NCBI GenBank assembly: GCA_958009085.1
Contig: OY253684.1
Coordinates: 806,001 to 870,000 of the forward strand
Source of the DNA: Protoeuglena noctilucae
Lineage: Eukaryota
Length of the DNA: 64,000 bases
Reading direction: 5' to 3'
The notes under the pieces are model-generated. The model saw only the letters and a list, made by a program, of their open reading frames with translations. It did not search any database and was not told the origin of the DNA. Positions 13,801-30,627 of this stretch are shown one piece after another. Position 1 is the stretch's first letter. Every line of letters starts with the position of its first letter. A program made the translations under genes and the position numbers.

Positions 13801-15226
13801 CACCCACCCCGCCCCACCCTACACCCACACCACCCCACATCACCCCACACCCCTCCAAACACCTCCCCACCCCCAGGGCGTCCGGCAAGCAGGTGGTGGT
13901 GTCGATGGGCGACCTGGCAGCGAGCGGCGGCTATTACATCTCTGCGTTCGCCGACCGCATCTACGCCCAGCCAGGCACGCTCACGGGCAGCATTGGGGTG
14001 ATTGCGGGCAAGTTCAATCTGGAGGGGTTCTTGAACAGGCAGGGCGTGAAGGTGGAGACGGTCGACAGATACGGGCCCAACGCGGCCGGGATGAGGTGAG
14101 GGTTTGGAGCGAGTGGTGGAGGATGTGATTGTTGTTATCACATCTCGTGCATTCAGACTTGCGGATGTCATCCTCGCCACCCACTTTGCACCCCACCTTT
14201 CGCTTGCCAACCATCCCCCCATGCCACCCCATCACCCCTCACCCGACACCCCCCTCCCTCCCCCCCAGCGCCCTGTCCGGCTTCACCCCCGCCCAGCGCC
14301 GCGCCTTCGAGCGCACTGTCGACGAAATCTACGACCAGTTCAAATCCGTCGTCGCCGAGGGCCGGAGCGTGCAGCCCTGGCGCGTGGAGCGGCTGGCCCA
14401 GGGCCGAGTGTGGCCGGGCAGGGACGCCCTGCGCCTGGGAATCGTCGACGAAATCGGGGGATACTGCGCGGCGCTCGAGGACGCGCGGGGTCGCGCGCTC
14501 GCCGCGCTGCGGGCCGCGGGGGCCCCGGGCGCCGCCGTTTCTGACGTCCGCATCAGGGCGTACCCCGGGGCAAGGTCCCCGGTGGGGGAGCTGCTGCAGG
14601 GGCGGGAGGAGGGCGGGATTGAGCGGGACTTGGGCCGGGGGACGCCGCGGGAGAGGCGAGAGGAGAAGAGGGCGGCCAAGGGGTGGCTAGGGTGGGGCGA
14701 GCGCGTGCTGGGGGCGGCGTGGGCGGTCGGGGTGGTGCTGGGTATCGTGTCCGAGGTGGAGGTCGGCGGGGTGCGGTGCGGCGCGGCGGGGCTGGCGGAT
14801 GTGGCGGCGGGGGCAGTGGGAGCGGTGGCAGCGTGGGCGGCAGGGGCGGCGGGGGTGGCGGGGAGTGGGGCGGGGGATGTCGACCCCGTGATGCGAGGTG
14901 AGCGGTGGGAGTGTGTCTGCGTGTCCGCGACTGCGTACACACGCTGCCAGTTGCACTTGCCATACTACCTCCCTCATATCGCCTTGTCAACTTTTGTGTA
15001 AGCGTCTTCCTATCATGCCAATCTCTTTCTCATATCGACATCTTCCTAATCCGCAGAGGCCCTGTCCCGTGCGGGCCCCGAGGCTGCCCTGGTCTACGCG
15101 GCATGGCTGGCGTCGGGTCTGCCACGCCCCACCAGCCTGCAGCAGTGGGCAGTGCTGGCGGGGCAGCCCATGGCGCTCAGCCCGGGAGCGGAGGGGCTGG
15201 CGAGGGCGGCCGCGGGGCTGGCGTGA
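10874..15226 (+). CDS. sppA: Signal peptide peptidase SppA (protease IV, peptidase S49), long two-domain type, organellar
   Basis: Motifs [86 protein letters not shown]. The N-terminal domain contains [11 protein letters not shown] and EYKNAANML. About 10 introns. Confidence 0.93.
12021..12190 (+). repeat. (CCCACA)n-type minisatellite at the 3' end of an sppA intron
   Basis: More than 20 imperfect CACACC units directly upstream of the acceptor at 12200. Confidence 0.9.
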
Positions 15227-15332
15227 GGGGTGGGTGTGGCGTGTGGGGTTGGGGCTGGCGTGAGGAGTGGGGCTGGCGTGAGGGGCGCATGGGCGTTGGC
15301 CGCCCTCACACCCCCCCACGTCCCCTGACCGA

Positions 15333-15337
15333 TGTAA
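15333..15337 (+). promoter_or_regulatory. Candidate TGTAA polyadenylation signal of sppA
   Basis: TGTAA about 107 nt after the stop codon. UGUAA is the known chlorophyte poly(A) signal, but a 5-mer match is weak evidence. Confidence 0.35.
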
Positions 15338-15899
15338 GCTGACCGGCTGGGTGCGTGTTGTGCGTCGCTGTAGGTAGTCATCTTCGTTTCTCTCTGTTTC
15401 GCGATAGGTGACGTAGCTGTGCGGGACATTTAAATCCTCTCAATGCATGATTTCAAACAAAGGGTCACGGAGACCACACTGCCCAGCCTGTGATGGAAGT
15501 GGAGACGCCCCGACTGGATGGCTTTAGGGGTCAGCGATGGGTCGGTATGGGACGGTAGGGGCGGGGCCTATGAGACGAGATAGGCATAGTAGCGACGGTG
15601 GCATCGGGATGGACAACCCACCCAGCCAGGGTGGCAGGCTAGGCCCTCGCTATGTGTGCCGCGACAGCTGCGGCAGGTTGAGAGCTCAGGGCTGGGCGGA
15701 AGGAGGCGGGGAGTCAGGCACGGCAGTCTCACGAGGGGCCGCGTCATGTCACAGAAACGGACCCTGTCCAAACTCCCAAGGCTGTGTTTTGGAGAGAGGC
15801 CCAAAAACGTCACAGCGCGAGCCATGGCATGACGAGCGTGCTGCGTCAGCTGGCCAGGGACTGGCGGGCGTCGGGCGGTCCATGGCATTTGCATCGATG

Positions 15900-17752
15900 T
15901 CATTGCAGGGCCGCGAGGGCCACGCAGAGCTTCCGCCGGTGTCCCACGAGCACGACGCCCATGTCGCGCAAGTCGTCGGACGTCAGGTGCGGGAGGGTCG
16001 CCCAGTCGACGCGGTGTATCGCGAAGAGCGGAGCGTAAATACCCAAACCGCACTGCGCGAGCCAGTCGTTCACGCGGTCGTCGCTCGCGCCCACTGCCTC
16101 TGAAACGTCTGCCTCGGCATCTTCCCCGCCGCTGAGGTCCCGCGCCCGCGCGCCGCGGTCGCGGGCGTGCCGGTCGCGAGTTTGACGCTCGGCGCGCGTC
16201 CGCGGGGCGGCGGGCGCGGAGATCGGGCCCGCGGCGCCCAGGGTGGCCAGCACGGCCGCGGCGCTGCGGTCGCTGCGCTCCGTCGGGTCGCGCGCGCGCT
16301 TCCGCGGGCGCGCGCGGTCCACGGCCGCTGCGCGCGACGACGTCTGCGGCGTCCCCGGCTGCGTCGCGTCCAGCTCCTGCGCAGCAAGGCGAACAGTGGC
16401 CGAATGAAATGCAGCTCGTCTTGATCCCGTCCCAGCAAGCACGCGCTCGCCGCGGCCGCAGCGCCACACCTGCGTCTGGCGCTCCTCGCTGAGGCGGTCC
16501 TTGGAAGCGGTAGGGGCATTCGCGCCTCTGCTGTTCGTGGGCCTGGGTGGGAAGGGACCGTGGAAGCGCTTGAGCCGCTGCGACATGTCTGGCCATCCCA
16601 GGTATCGCGCAGCTGTCGTCTCGATCGCGTCGTGAAACTCGCAAGAGCCGCGGGCACTCACCTCACGCTCGCCTTGGCCTGGCCACGCCCCGATGCCCCC
16701 GGGTCCTTTGCTGCACCCTTCCCATGCTGCTCTGCATCCCGATGTTGTAAATCATTCTCGCCCGAGCTGGCGACGGGCGGTAGAACCTCGATGGGTCCGA
16801 TGGGCTGGAGCTCGTCCGCCTCGTCCGGTTTTGGATAGACGAGGAAGGCCTCGCGCTGAAGGTCGACCCACTCCTCCACGTCCTGCGGAAAACAGCCGCG
16901 GGTGAAGGGGCACTTAGTTACGGAAGAATCATGGGAACACAGAAATTGCGAATTCGCATTGCCAAGCGCGGGATGCGAGTGGATGGGCGCGGGGCAAAGC
17001 GAGGGTGGGCGCTGCGCATGGGCGGGAGTGCGCGCGGGCGCAAGTCGGAGAAACCGGCGCAGTGCAACGCGTGCTACATCTACCAAGCGCTGTCCTGAGA
17101 ACATGGGAAGCTCGGCGCTCACCCCGTCCTCGTACATCAGCCTCGCGAACCGACCCTGCTCGATTTCCTCGACCTTGGCGCAAAAGTAACTCTGCAGTCA
17201 AAAATGATGCTTGCAGTCAAAGGTTATAGTCACATGGTCTCGATACATCGGCGCACGCGCCCACGAGACGCGTCGCGCAGGGGAAACGGCCCCCGTTGCC
17301 ACGGAAATGAGCCGCTGCATCCCGCCGAAAGGGACCCCGCCGACCTCTCGGCGCGAACGCCGATCCACGCCAATAAGCCCATGGAAATATTTCAAGGATC
17401 CGTCGCCGTCCGGGCGCCAACACCCGCGCATCGCCGGGGACGCCTCGCCGTTAGCTTGATTGCACCGCTCCCCACCTTCTCCCCATCCCAGTACAGATCC
17501 AGGACGACTCCAGGCGTCAGGAAGAACTCCGTCAAGCTTTGGTGCGGCTGATGGCACCCGATGACCTGCGGGCGTGCGGATGCCTCTGCAGGGTGGCCCA
17601 GGTGAACGGCAACGGCGACGCAACGCGCCCAAGGGATTCCCTCGCACCTGTCCAAGCTTCCCTCGCCACCCGGGGAGCACGGTGGGCTCCTCCGTCAGCA
17701 GCCCCGCCCCTGGCCCCGGCTCCGGACCTGCCTCCACCCCAGCAGCCGCCAT
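15900..17752 (-). CDS. Tudor-like domain + C-terminal SAM domain protein
   Basis: Spliced PGVVLDLYWDGEK|SYFCAKVEEIEQGRFARLMYEDG|DVEEWVDLQREAF resembles plant PDS5/MSH6-type Tudor domains. C-terminal VNDWLAQCGLGIYAPLFAIHRVDWATLPHLTSDDLRDMGVVLVGHRRKL is a clear SAM domain. Confidence 0.75.
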
Positions 17753-18151
17753 CGCGACTCCCGTAGACCACGTTTCCTGATGGCAGACGAGTAAGAGATG
17801 GACTGCCGGCAGGAAGGCGCCCGGGCTTGGACAAGGGCTCCCCCTCGGGACACGACCTGACCGCGTCAGTGTAGGACCGGTCGCGATGCCCAAGCGGTGT
17901 TTTACGCCGTCATGACGCCGCGAAACCGGTCAGAAGCATCCAAGGAATAGGATCGCTGTTCAGGCCAGGCAATCGGAGCGCTTTTAGCCACCGCTTGGTC
18001 GGGGCCTTCGCTTTCGACCCGCTGTCCGCTCGCCCCGGATCCGCAGCGATCTCCGCCGTTGGAGGGCCGAGCGTGAAACACGCAGCGAGCCGGCCGCTGT
18101 CCTTTTTGGGTCAGCCAAGCATTGGAGGCGGCCGCGTCTGGTGGCCATAGA

Positions 18152-21781
<3,630 letters not shown>

Positions 21782-22164
21782 GGGGCAGCGGTGGGGGTCG
21801 GGGGTGGGTGATAGGGTGTGTGGGTGTTGCAGGGGTGAAGAGGGGGTGGTGGGGTGTGTGGTGGAGAGGGTGGGACGCGATGTTTTGTTTGGGTGATATG
21901 AGGGCGAACAGTTTCAGTCTGATGAAGTTTGAATCAGCAATTGCTTCTCTTGTTCCCACGGCAGGCAGCCTGATGTGACGGGAGCTTTCATAAGATTGCA
22001 TGGAAACACACAGCCGCGCAGAGGGGAAGCCGTGGCCACCACCGCAGCGGAACCGAATGCGCGTATTAGCAGTGGCAGAAACATCGCGCTCTCTGACCCA
22101 ACACAGACACCGCTCATGGCTGCATTGTGACGAACGTCGCGTTGCTTGCACTCGCGCCCCTTGC

Positions 22165-24378
22165 TCATCGCCAGGACGGCTGCTGCGGGCGGGGCAGGGC
22201 ACACGAGACCAGCTGAGCTGTACATGGGGCGATGCCAATCAGGCCTCACAAATGCATGCGCATGGCACAAGGTGTGACACCTCATCCACCCCCTCACATC
22301 CCTCCACTGCCCACTGCACCCCATACCACACCAACACCCCACTCCACCCCACTCTCCGCATTGCTCACATCCGTCCACATCCCACACCCCACCCCACCCC
22401 CCGCATTGCTCACCGGTGGCTGCGCGTACGCCTGCGGTGGCCCCCTCTGCCCGCCCCCGCCCCCGCCCGCCATGCGGCTGGTGAGCCGGTCGATGATCAT
22501 GTTCACGTCGAGCCTCTCCCCCCTCGCCGCCAGCTCATTGATGACCTCCCGAACCTCAAAGGGCGCGAACCCCATGCCCGCTACCTCCTGCACCACCTGG
22601 TCGACCGTCAGAGACAGGGACTGCGAAAGGGGATGATAAATATATGTGGGAGTCATCAAGGGCGGAGTGGAGGGTTGAGAGTTGGTTGCAGTACGGGTGA
22701 GGCGTGGAGGGGCGGCTGCGGTGGTGCGTGGGAAGGCGCATCGACTGCCAATGCCACCGCGACGCCCATTCTGAGTCAGGCACCTTAATGTAACATCAGC
22801 AAACCGTTTCAACCCTCACCGTGGGCTTGGATGACTGCGGGGGAGCGCCCGCGTGCGCAGGGGGGGCAGACGAGGGCGGCTGGGCCGGCCCAGCGCCGTA
22901 TCCCTGCCCCGGGGGGCCGTAGGCAGCGGGCGGGGCGATCTGCGGCACGTACGGGTGCCCCTGCTGCAGGCCATAGGGGTAGGGGGGCGGGGCGCCGGGC
23001 TGGGTGGCCGGCGGGGCATAGGGCGGGGCCTGGGCGGTGGGGGGCCGGCGGGGCTCCGGTGCCGAGACTTGCATGGGCTGGGCGTGGGGCTGGGCCATGG
23101 GGGGTGCCGAGTAAGGGGGGTAGTCTTGGGGTGGTGCGTAGGAAGAGGATGGAGAGGGGGCGTAGCCGCTTGACGAGTGCTGGGGAGGGGCGTAGGGCTG
23201 GGGCTGGGCCTGGGGTTGGGCTTGGGGCTGGGGCTGGTAGGGCGCGGCGGCGTAGGGCGCGGCGTAGGCGCCGGGGGCGGGGGCGGGGGCAGAGGAGGGG
23301 GCAGGGGATGGGGCGGGGGAGGGCGCGGGGCTTGCGACGGGCGCCGGGGCCGGCTCAGGCGCGGGCGCTGCTCGCGGGCGCCGCTGCGACTGCGCCGCGG
23401 GGTCCGCGCGCTGCGCCGGCTGGGCCCCGGCGCTGGCGTCGGTCCCCGTCATCGTCTCGAGGTCTCTCCGCGCCTCCTCCAGGTTCTTCCGGTCGACGAG
23501 GACCTGGATTCCCTCGCGAATCTCCACAATCGACCGTTCGACGGTCCCGAACCGCTCCAATATCGTCTCCTCGCGCACCATATCGGACTCGGAAAGGCTG
23601 CCCACGGACGCCTGCACCTCGCGGAGGCCCCGCTCGACGTCCCGAAGCCTGCAGGAGGGCGGAGTAGGGAGATGGGAGCGCGAAAGAGAGAACAGATAGA
23701 AAGAGCGGGCCGGGCGCGCGGCGGGGGGCGCACCGGTGCACCACGTCGGACAAGACGTCGTGGAGCGACCCCGTGAAGCCGCGCAGGGCCCTGTCGACGG
23801 CCTTCTGCACGATATCCTCGATGGGAGTGTCCTGCTTCCGCATCGGGTCCGACTTGCCCTGCAGCGGGGGCGGGGCGCGGGGCTCGGGACGCGCCCAACC
23901 TGGAACGGCAGCGGGTGCGCGGTTGCGCGGCTCCGACACCGAGATTCCCAGGCCAGCTGCAAGATTCCTCTGCGTGTCAGTCGTCGGAAGGGTGCAAGCG
24001 CCCTCTCCGCCTTCCCTTGAGTCGAGGTCCCGGTCCTTGCCCTAGAGGGCACCCACCCCCCACCCTGCCGCGCAGCAGGTCCCAGGCGAGAGCGCAACAT
24101 GATCCACCGCCCCTTCTTCGTCCCAAGAGGCCGACGCGAGGGAGAGCGAGGCACGGGACGCGCGGAGTCCTCCCAAGCGCGCAAGCAGGACTCACGTAGG
24201 GGACGCTGAACTCGCTGGGATCGAGCGCCGAACGTGCTTGCTTGTCCTCCGTGCTGCCCTCGTTGGAGGCCCCCTCCGCGGCCGAGTCGCGCTTGGGCGA
24301 GACCGTCTCCTCCGACCCCCGCTTCTTCTTCTCGGGGAGCAGGTCCCCGAACGGATCGCTCCCGCTCTTGGCCTTCAT
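22165..24378 (-). CDS. FLOE-like / DUF1421 prion-like protein
   Basis: Acidic/Ser-rich N-terminus, coiled coil (VERSIVEIREGIQVLVDRKNLEEAR), long Q/P/A/Y-rich disordered region, and C-terminal VDQVVQEVAGMGFAPFEVREVINELAARGERLDVNMIIDRL (DUF1421-like). The last micro-exon QPSWR* is inferred. Confidence 0.8.
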
Positions 24379-24680
24379 GGGCACCCCAGGCGCCGGGTCC
24401 GGATCCTCAGCGCTGCAATCGGGACTTTGACCAGTTTCGATGCTGCTACGCGACGAATCGAGAGAAGAAGGGCTCCGACCGATCCGCTGACTCGCGATGG
24501 AGCAGCAAGAGGCCTCACTTCCGCCCAAAGTCCTCCGCGCGTCCGGGCCGTTTCACTGGCACGCCAGTTGTGAAGACCGGATGCGAAAGCGCCGCCCAAG
24601 GACCGGCCACACCAGCCTTTCGCGTGGGGAGTCTGTTGACATAGCCGCACCGACGGCCCTGGCTTGCTAGCTCGTGGGAG

Positions 24681-25862
24681 ATGTCCGCGCTCAGCTTCCG
24701 GGCCAACGTGGCCTCCGTCTCGGGGCTCCACGCGCAGGTGAGCCGCGCGATGACCAAAGCGCGGAAAGGTGGCCCCGAGCGGCCCGTAGCCGCCACTCCG
24801 GGCCGTCTCCCCGGGCGACCAGGCATTCCGCGCGACGGCCGGCCCCCGCCGGCGGCCTGCCGGAGGCGCGGGAGTCGGCTTGCATTTCTTTCTCGCGTGG
24901 TCCACGTCGCCGCTCCTCGCTGGGGCCTCGGGAGCCGGCTTCCCCAGCCGCGTTCACATCCACTCGCTCGCCGCTACGCGCGAGTCCTCCGGCCGCCAGA
25001 ACGCTGCTTGACGCAGAGACCGCGTCGTAGTCGCGCCGGGCGGCGGCGCTGGAGCTATCGTGTCGCGCTCGCGGTCCTCTGACCCCCAACGCACGTCGCC
25101 TGCTCGCAGGAGTGCTCTGTGCGCGCCACCCGCAGCCCGCTGCAGGTGGAGGCCCGCGTGGCTCTGCGGTTTTCCCGGGGTGGCCGCATCCACCGCCCGT
25201 TCTACAGGTGCGCGCCTGCGGCTGCCACTTTCCCCAGCCCGTCGCCTGCCCAGCCCAGCTGCGGTCGGCGCGTGCCATGCCGGCCCGAGGCGGGTAGTAA
25301 GCTGAACATTTGTATGACCGCCGTGCTCGGCTCCCTCTCCCCAGGCTGGTGGCGATTGACTCGAACAAGCCCCGCGACTCGCGGCCCATCCAATACCTGG
25401 GGTGGTACGACCCCATCTCGAAGGCGAGTAAGAATCAACGCGATGCCACTGCTCTCGATTTATGCTCGCGGTGGCAGCCAGCACACCCCGCCTTTGCCTG
25501 CGAGCCCTGCGCATGCGGTGGCAACCAGAGTGCGATGATGAGCCCAAACCACGCAACGCTTTGTCGGACTGCCTCGTGCACGTGGCGTCAACTAATTCCT
25601 ACGGTTTCTGAGCACTCGAGCGGACCAGCTCACGGCGCGCACCCACCGCGCACCCACCGGCTGCCGGCACCGTTCCGGCTTTGTTGCAGCAATGCGTTGC
25701 ACTCCGCCGCCCCCTCCGCGGCAAACGCGACCCTCCTCGCTTGACCTCTCGCAGCAAACTCAGCTCAAGGCGCCGGAGATCAAGAAGTGGATTGGGCAGG
25801 GGGCCAAGCCCTCGGAGACGGTGACGCTGCTCCTCAAGCGGACCATGATCATCACCGAGTGA
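24681..25862 (+). CDS. rps16: Nucleus-encoded organellar (probably plastid) ribosomal protein bS16
   Basis: Four exons give a transit peptide followed by [66 protein letters not shown]. Confidence 0.93.
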
Positions 25863-26596
25863 TTTGCACAGCACGGCGTGCCCGGAATAGAGAGGCACGC
25901 CTCCCCATGTCTTGTTCCGACCTGTGCCCCGCCAGCGGGCCTGGGCGGGCTTTGGATTAGACGCTCGAGCCTGAATTGCTCTCTTGCATTGAACAAACTG
26001 CCTTACGATAAGCGCACGCCACGGATGAACTGCTTGGTCTCCGCTCTCGTCTGCTCGACGTCCAGCGCGCGCGGACGTGGTTTGAGCGCGACTGGCACAG
26101 CGTCAGGACCTGACGGGGCGGGCGTGGGATCGCCAAGCAGATCGGGCCGCGCTCTGGAGGGACAGTTCAGCGCATCGCGATCCCATCACGCACCTTTCTA
26201 CCCCCGCTGCTCCACCGAGCGACAGGCTCTACGCACGATCCGACCCAGACACCATCTGCCGTCCCAGCTGCCCTGGGCTCGGTCAGGAGAGCAGATTTCA
26301 ACTTCTTTTTACAGCGCGAAGGGCTCGGACGGTCCGCACCTGTCGCCGCCATGCCTGCGGGGCTGGGGTCCTCGCACACCATCAACAGCGGGTTGGTTCG
26401 CGCGTCTCGGGCCGTGACGGCCGTCAAGGTGAAGCCAGACGCTTTGTGGTTCGGCATGGAATAGGACGCTGGCGGCTGAGCGCTTCCGGCGCGTTCCGGG
26501 GATCTGGTTGGCTGGGTTTTGCCCGGGCCACCCTGTTGGCTGCTTTGCCGCGCGACCCCGCAACCTCGGGCACCGGCTGGTGCGGTGCCAATTTCA

Positions 26597-27643
26597 ATGG
26601 CTCTTGTCTTTGCGGCGCAGCTATGCGGCTGCCGCCTGCCGGGGTCCACGGCGAGGCCGAGCGTCGGCCCGGGGGTTGTGCGTGCGGGGGCGAACCGGGC
26701 GTCGCCGCGACGGACGGGCGAGATCGAAGAGGGCTTCAACCCGTGGCAGATCTTGCGCGTGAGCCGGGGCACGACCTTCCAAGGACTTATGGTGCGTAGC
26801 ACGAGCCGCGCCGCTGCAGAACACACTTTTGCGCACTCCCGGGGCGGTCGTGCACCGGGTGCCCGCCCCGCCGCGCGTGCAGAAGGCGAAGGAGATGGCG
26901 AAGGAGAATGCGGAGGGTAACGAGGCACAACTGCAGGAGATCGAGCGCGCGTTCCGCTTCTTCGTCGACGCGTCGCAGCAGCGGCTGGAGGAGCAGGTCC
27001 GGGGCGCTCCCGATTCGCCCGACGTGGCGTTCCAGTACGCCAATTTCCTGCAGACGGTCGGCGAGAACGCGAGCGCCCAGGCGAGCAGGCCGCGCGGGCG
27101 CGGGGCCGCCAATAGGTCGCGTAAGTTGTTGCCGCCCGCCGCGCGACGCCACGCCCTGCGCGCCCGCAGGACTGGTACCTTCGCGCGTTGGAGTTGGACC
27201 CCAAGCATATCGATAGCATGAACCAGCTGGCGATGCTCAAGGCCGCGGAGGGCGACCTCGACGCTGCGGACGATCTGTATGGCAGGGCCGAGGAGGTGGC
27301 GCCCGACGACGTCGACATCCTCTTCAACCACGCGTCCGTCAAGTGAGTTATGGTTACCAGCGTGGCCGGAATATTGACCTCTCGAAAAGTGTTGCTCTCT
27401 TCACCGCCACGCCCTCCGGTCCCGAGCGCAAGCTGTGGAGCGCGGGAGCCGGCGCGTTGCTGTGTTATCGCGACGCTTTCGAGCTTTGCCGAACCTGGGA
27501 TCGCAATTTATTTTAAACATTTGCGCAGGCTGGCCAAGCGCGACATTGAGGCGACAAGGGAGCTGGTGGATCGGATCGTGGTGCTCAATCCGGAGCTACA
27601 GGACCACCCTTTGGTGCGGGAGCTTCACAGCAGCGACAGCTGA
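26597..27643 (+). CDS. Transit peptide + degenerate J-like (CPP1-type) segment + TPR repeats
   Basis: FNPWQILRVSRGTTFQGLM|KAKEMAKENAEGNEAQLQEIERAF followed by TPR-like YANFLQ..DWYLRALELDPKHIDSMNQLAMLK..LYGRAEEVAPDDVDILFNHA. Confidence 0.75.
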
Positions 27644-28206
27644 CGACGTGGATAGGCCAGCCGCCAGCGGCGGCAGAGAGGATTGATCGTTGACGGCTGC
27701 GGACATCTGAGATGACGCCATAACCACACCATGATCGGTGATGCCGTGTTAAGGTTTTTCTGAGCATCATCCCCGGCGGTTTCCGTTCCTGGCTCGGTCG
27801 GCGATGCAAGCGGCATGCATTGGTGCGGGATGCAGTGGTCCGGCCATGCACATGCGCATGTGCGGCCTTGCATCGCCACACTCCTCAAGTGCCCTCGGTA
27901 GCTGAGCCTGGGTCGTTGCTATGGCGTGTTTCAATTGGAAAACGCGAGTTGCGCGGAGCTGGCGGTGTCACTGCGACCTCGCCGTGTCAAATCCGCACAT
28001 CTCAACTAAGAGGCTGGAAGCTCTATGCGAAAGAGTGGCCCACTCTTATGCGGCCGCATCAACCATCCACACTCAATGCTCAATCCCCACTTCCACACCA
28101 TCCACACCCCTCAGACACCAACTGCCCCCGCACATCTCTCCCCACTCCCGTCCCTCACGCCCCTCCCTCACACACCCATCTCCACCCCTCCCTCCCCACT
28201 CATCCC

Positions 28207-30627
28207 TCACACCCCCATCTCCCTGAAGAACTTGACCGTATGCTTGAGCGCCTCCACGAACGCATCGACCTCAGCATGCGTGTTGTAGAGATAGGCCGAT
28301 GCGCGCGCGGACGCGTTGACCCCCAAGTACGCGTGCAAGGGCTGCGTGCAGTGGTGTCCCGACCGCACCGCGACGCCCGCCTGGTCGAGAATGGTAGAGA
28401 CGTCGGTGGCGTGGAGGCCGTCGACGTTGAAGGAGCATAACGACGCGCGGGGCATGCCCGGGGGAGGGCCGTAGATTGTCACCCCGTCCACCCGGCTCAG
28501 CTCCTGGTACAGGTAACCGCCGATCTCCTCCTGAGGGGATAGTAAGGGAAGATAATATGAATGAGCAGAATTGATGATGGGAGAAGCAAGTCAGTCAGTC
28601 AGTCGTTGTCAGTCGTTTCAACCACGCTCTCCGCCGATGCACCCTCTCCATGCCCATACCCGTGCTATGTCAGACAACCCCACCACTCCCACCACCCACC
28701 ACTCACCTCGTACTTGTGCACCTTGTCCATGCCAATGACCGTCAGGTAGTCGATTTCATCAAGCAACACCACCCCCACCCACTCACCTCGTACTTGTGCA
28801 CCTTGTCCATGCCGATGCCCGTCAGGTAGTCGCACGCGGCGCCCATCCCGATCGCCTCGGCGATGGCGGGCGTGCCGGCCTCAAACCGCCCCGGCGGCTC
28901 CGCGAACGTCGAGTGGTCCAGGAACACATCCTGGATCATCTCGCCGCCCCCCATCCACGGCGGCATGTCTGCCAGAATTTCCCCACGGCCCCACAGGAAC
29001 CCCGCCCCGGTGGGGCCGCACATCTTGTGGGAAGACGCCACGATCCAGTCCGCACCCAGGCTCTGCGGGGATGAGAGAGAGAGAGGAGGTAACAGTGATG
29101 GTGAGAGTGACGCGCATGATGTGCCCTCATAAGGCGTATGGTGGGGTAAAGAGGTGCGTACTGTATCTCTCACCGACACGTCGACCGGCAGGTGCGGCAC
29201 AGCCTGGCAGGCGTCCAGCAGCACCCGCGCCCCGACCCGGTTTGCGATGTCGACGATGTCGTGGACCGGGTTGCGGCACCCAAGCATGTTGGACACGTAC
29301 ACCAGAGCCACAAGCTTCGTCTGCGGTTGCGGAATAGAAATCGGGTCGAGTGTTTAGACGCGGTTTGTGCCTGAGGGTGGCTACAAGGGGCTGCGTGGGT
29401 GGATGCGGCGACGGCCGACAAGTCATAGCCACGAGCGTCACATTCGTCCGTTCCCTCACCCTCGGCGTCACCAACTCCCGCAAATGGTCCAAGTCGAGGG
29501 TCTGGGTGTCGCGCGTGAGCCGGCAGAACTGCGACGAAGCAAGGGGGACAGCAACGAACCGATCAGCGCTCGTCAAACGCACAGCAGCATTTTTAGTACC
29601 CTAAATATGCCATTCGGCCCGCAAGTGCGCATCTGCGGCCCCGCTTCGGCCGCAGCGGGGCTCGCCTTGAGGACGGCGCGCTTGCGCTGGGCCAGGAGCT
29701 GCCAGGGGACCAGGTTGGAGTGGTGCTCCATCACGCTCAGCACAATCTCATCCCCCTCGCCGATGTACTGCCCGCCCCAGCTGTTGGCGACCAGGTTGAT
29801 GGCCTCGGTCGCGCCCCGCGTGAACACCACCTCGCGATCCGACCGCGCGTGGATGAACTGCACATCCGAATCGAGGATAAGAAAGATAATGATATAAATG
29901 AATTGTCGAAATCAATTGCAGCCTCTAAGAAGCCCCGTTCCCGGCGCACCTTGGCGACCTTGGCGCGGCTCTCCTCGTAAGCGGCCGTGGCGAGCGCGGA
30001 GAGGTGGTGCACGCCGCGGTGCACGTTAGAGTTCATCTCCGTGTAATACTTGTCCATCGCGCTCAGCACCTGCGGGATGCGCGCGGCCGAGGGCGCGGTA
30101 ATGCCACCAAAACGCGCGCTCGGCCACCCACCGTCCCCGCGCGCCGCACGCGCGCCCGCGATGCCGACCGCGCGCACCTGGGTGGGCTTCTGCGACGTCG
30201 CTGCGTTGTCGAGGTACACCAGCCGCGTCCCGTTGACGCGACGGTCGAGGATGGGGAAGTCGGCCCGGACCGCCTCACCCAGCGCGACATCGGACGACGC
30301 GGAGGCCGCTGCCTGCAATCGGAAGCAGTTGGACGGATGCTCGCATTGACTATCGCCATCAGGCGCCTGCATCTGCGCCGCATCGCCACGGCGCGGGGCT
30401 CCCGAGGCCCCGACGCACACGTGTCCCATCCCTGGAATAGACGGCACACGGAGAGGGCGCGCCGCGAGTCACGCGCGGAGAGCGCGTGTTACGAAGCACT
30501 GGAAACGATAGTCGGAGCCCCCGCCCACCTGGCAAGCCACGCCGGCGCGATGAGCCTTTCGTGGCGCAACGCTGCACGTCGCCCCCGCCGCCGGGGCCGC
30601 GAGCCCCAGGGCCCCTGCCGCAGCCAT
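28207..30627 (-). CDS. sufS: Plastid cysteine desulfurase SufS/NFS2
   Basis: [73 protein letters not shown] (PLP lysine), [24 protein letters not shown] (catalytic Cys). Confidence 0.97.
28701..28832 (-). repeat. 52-nt direct duplication of an sufS exon end + donor into the intron
   Basis: 28781-28832 versus 28701-28752: 2 mismatches, 80-nt offset. Confidence 0.95.
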
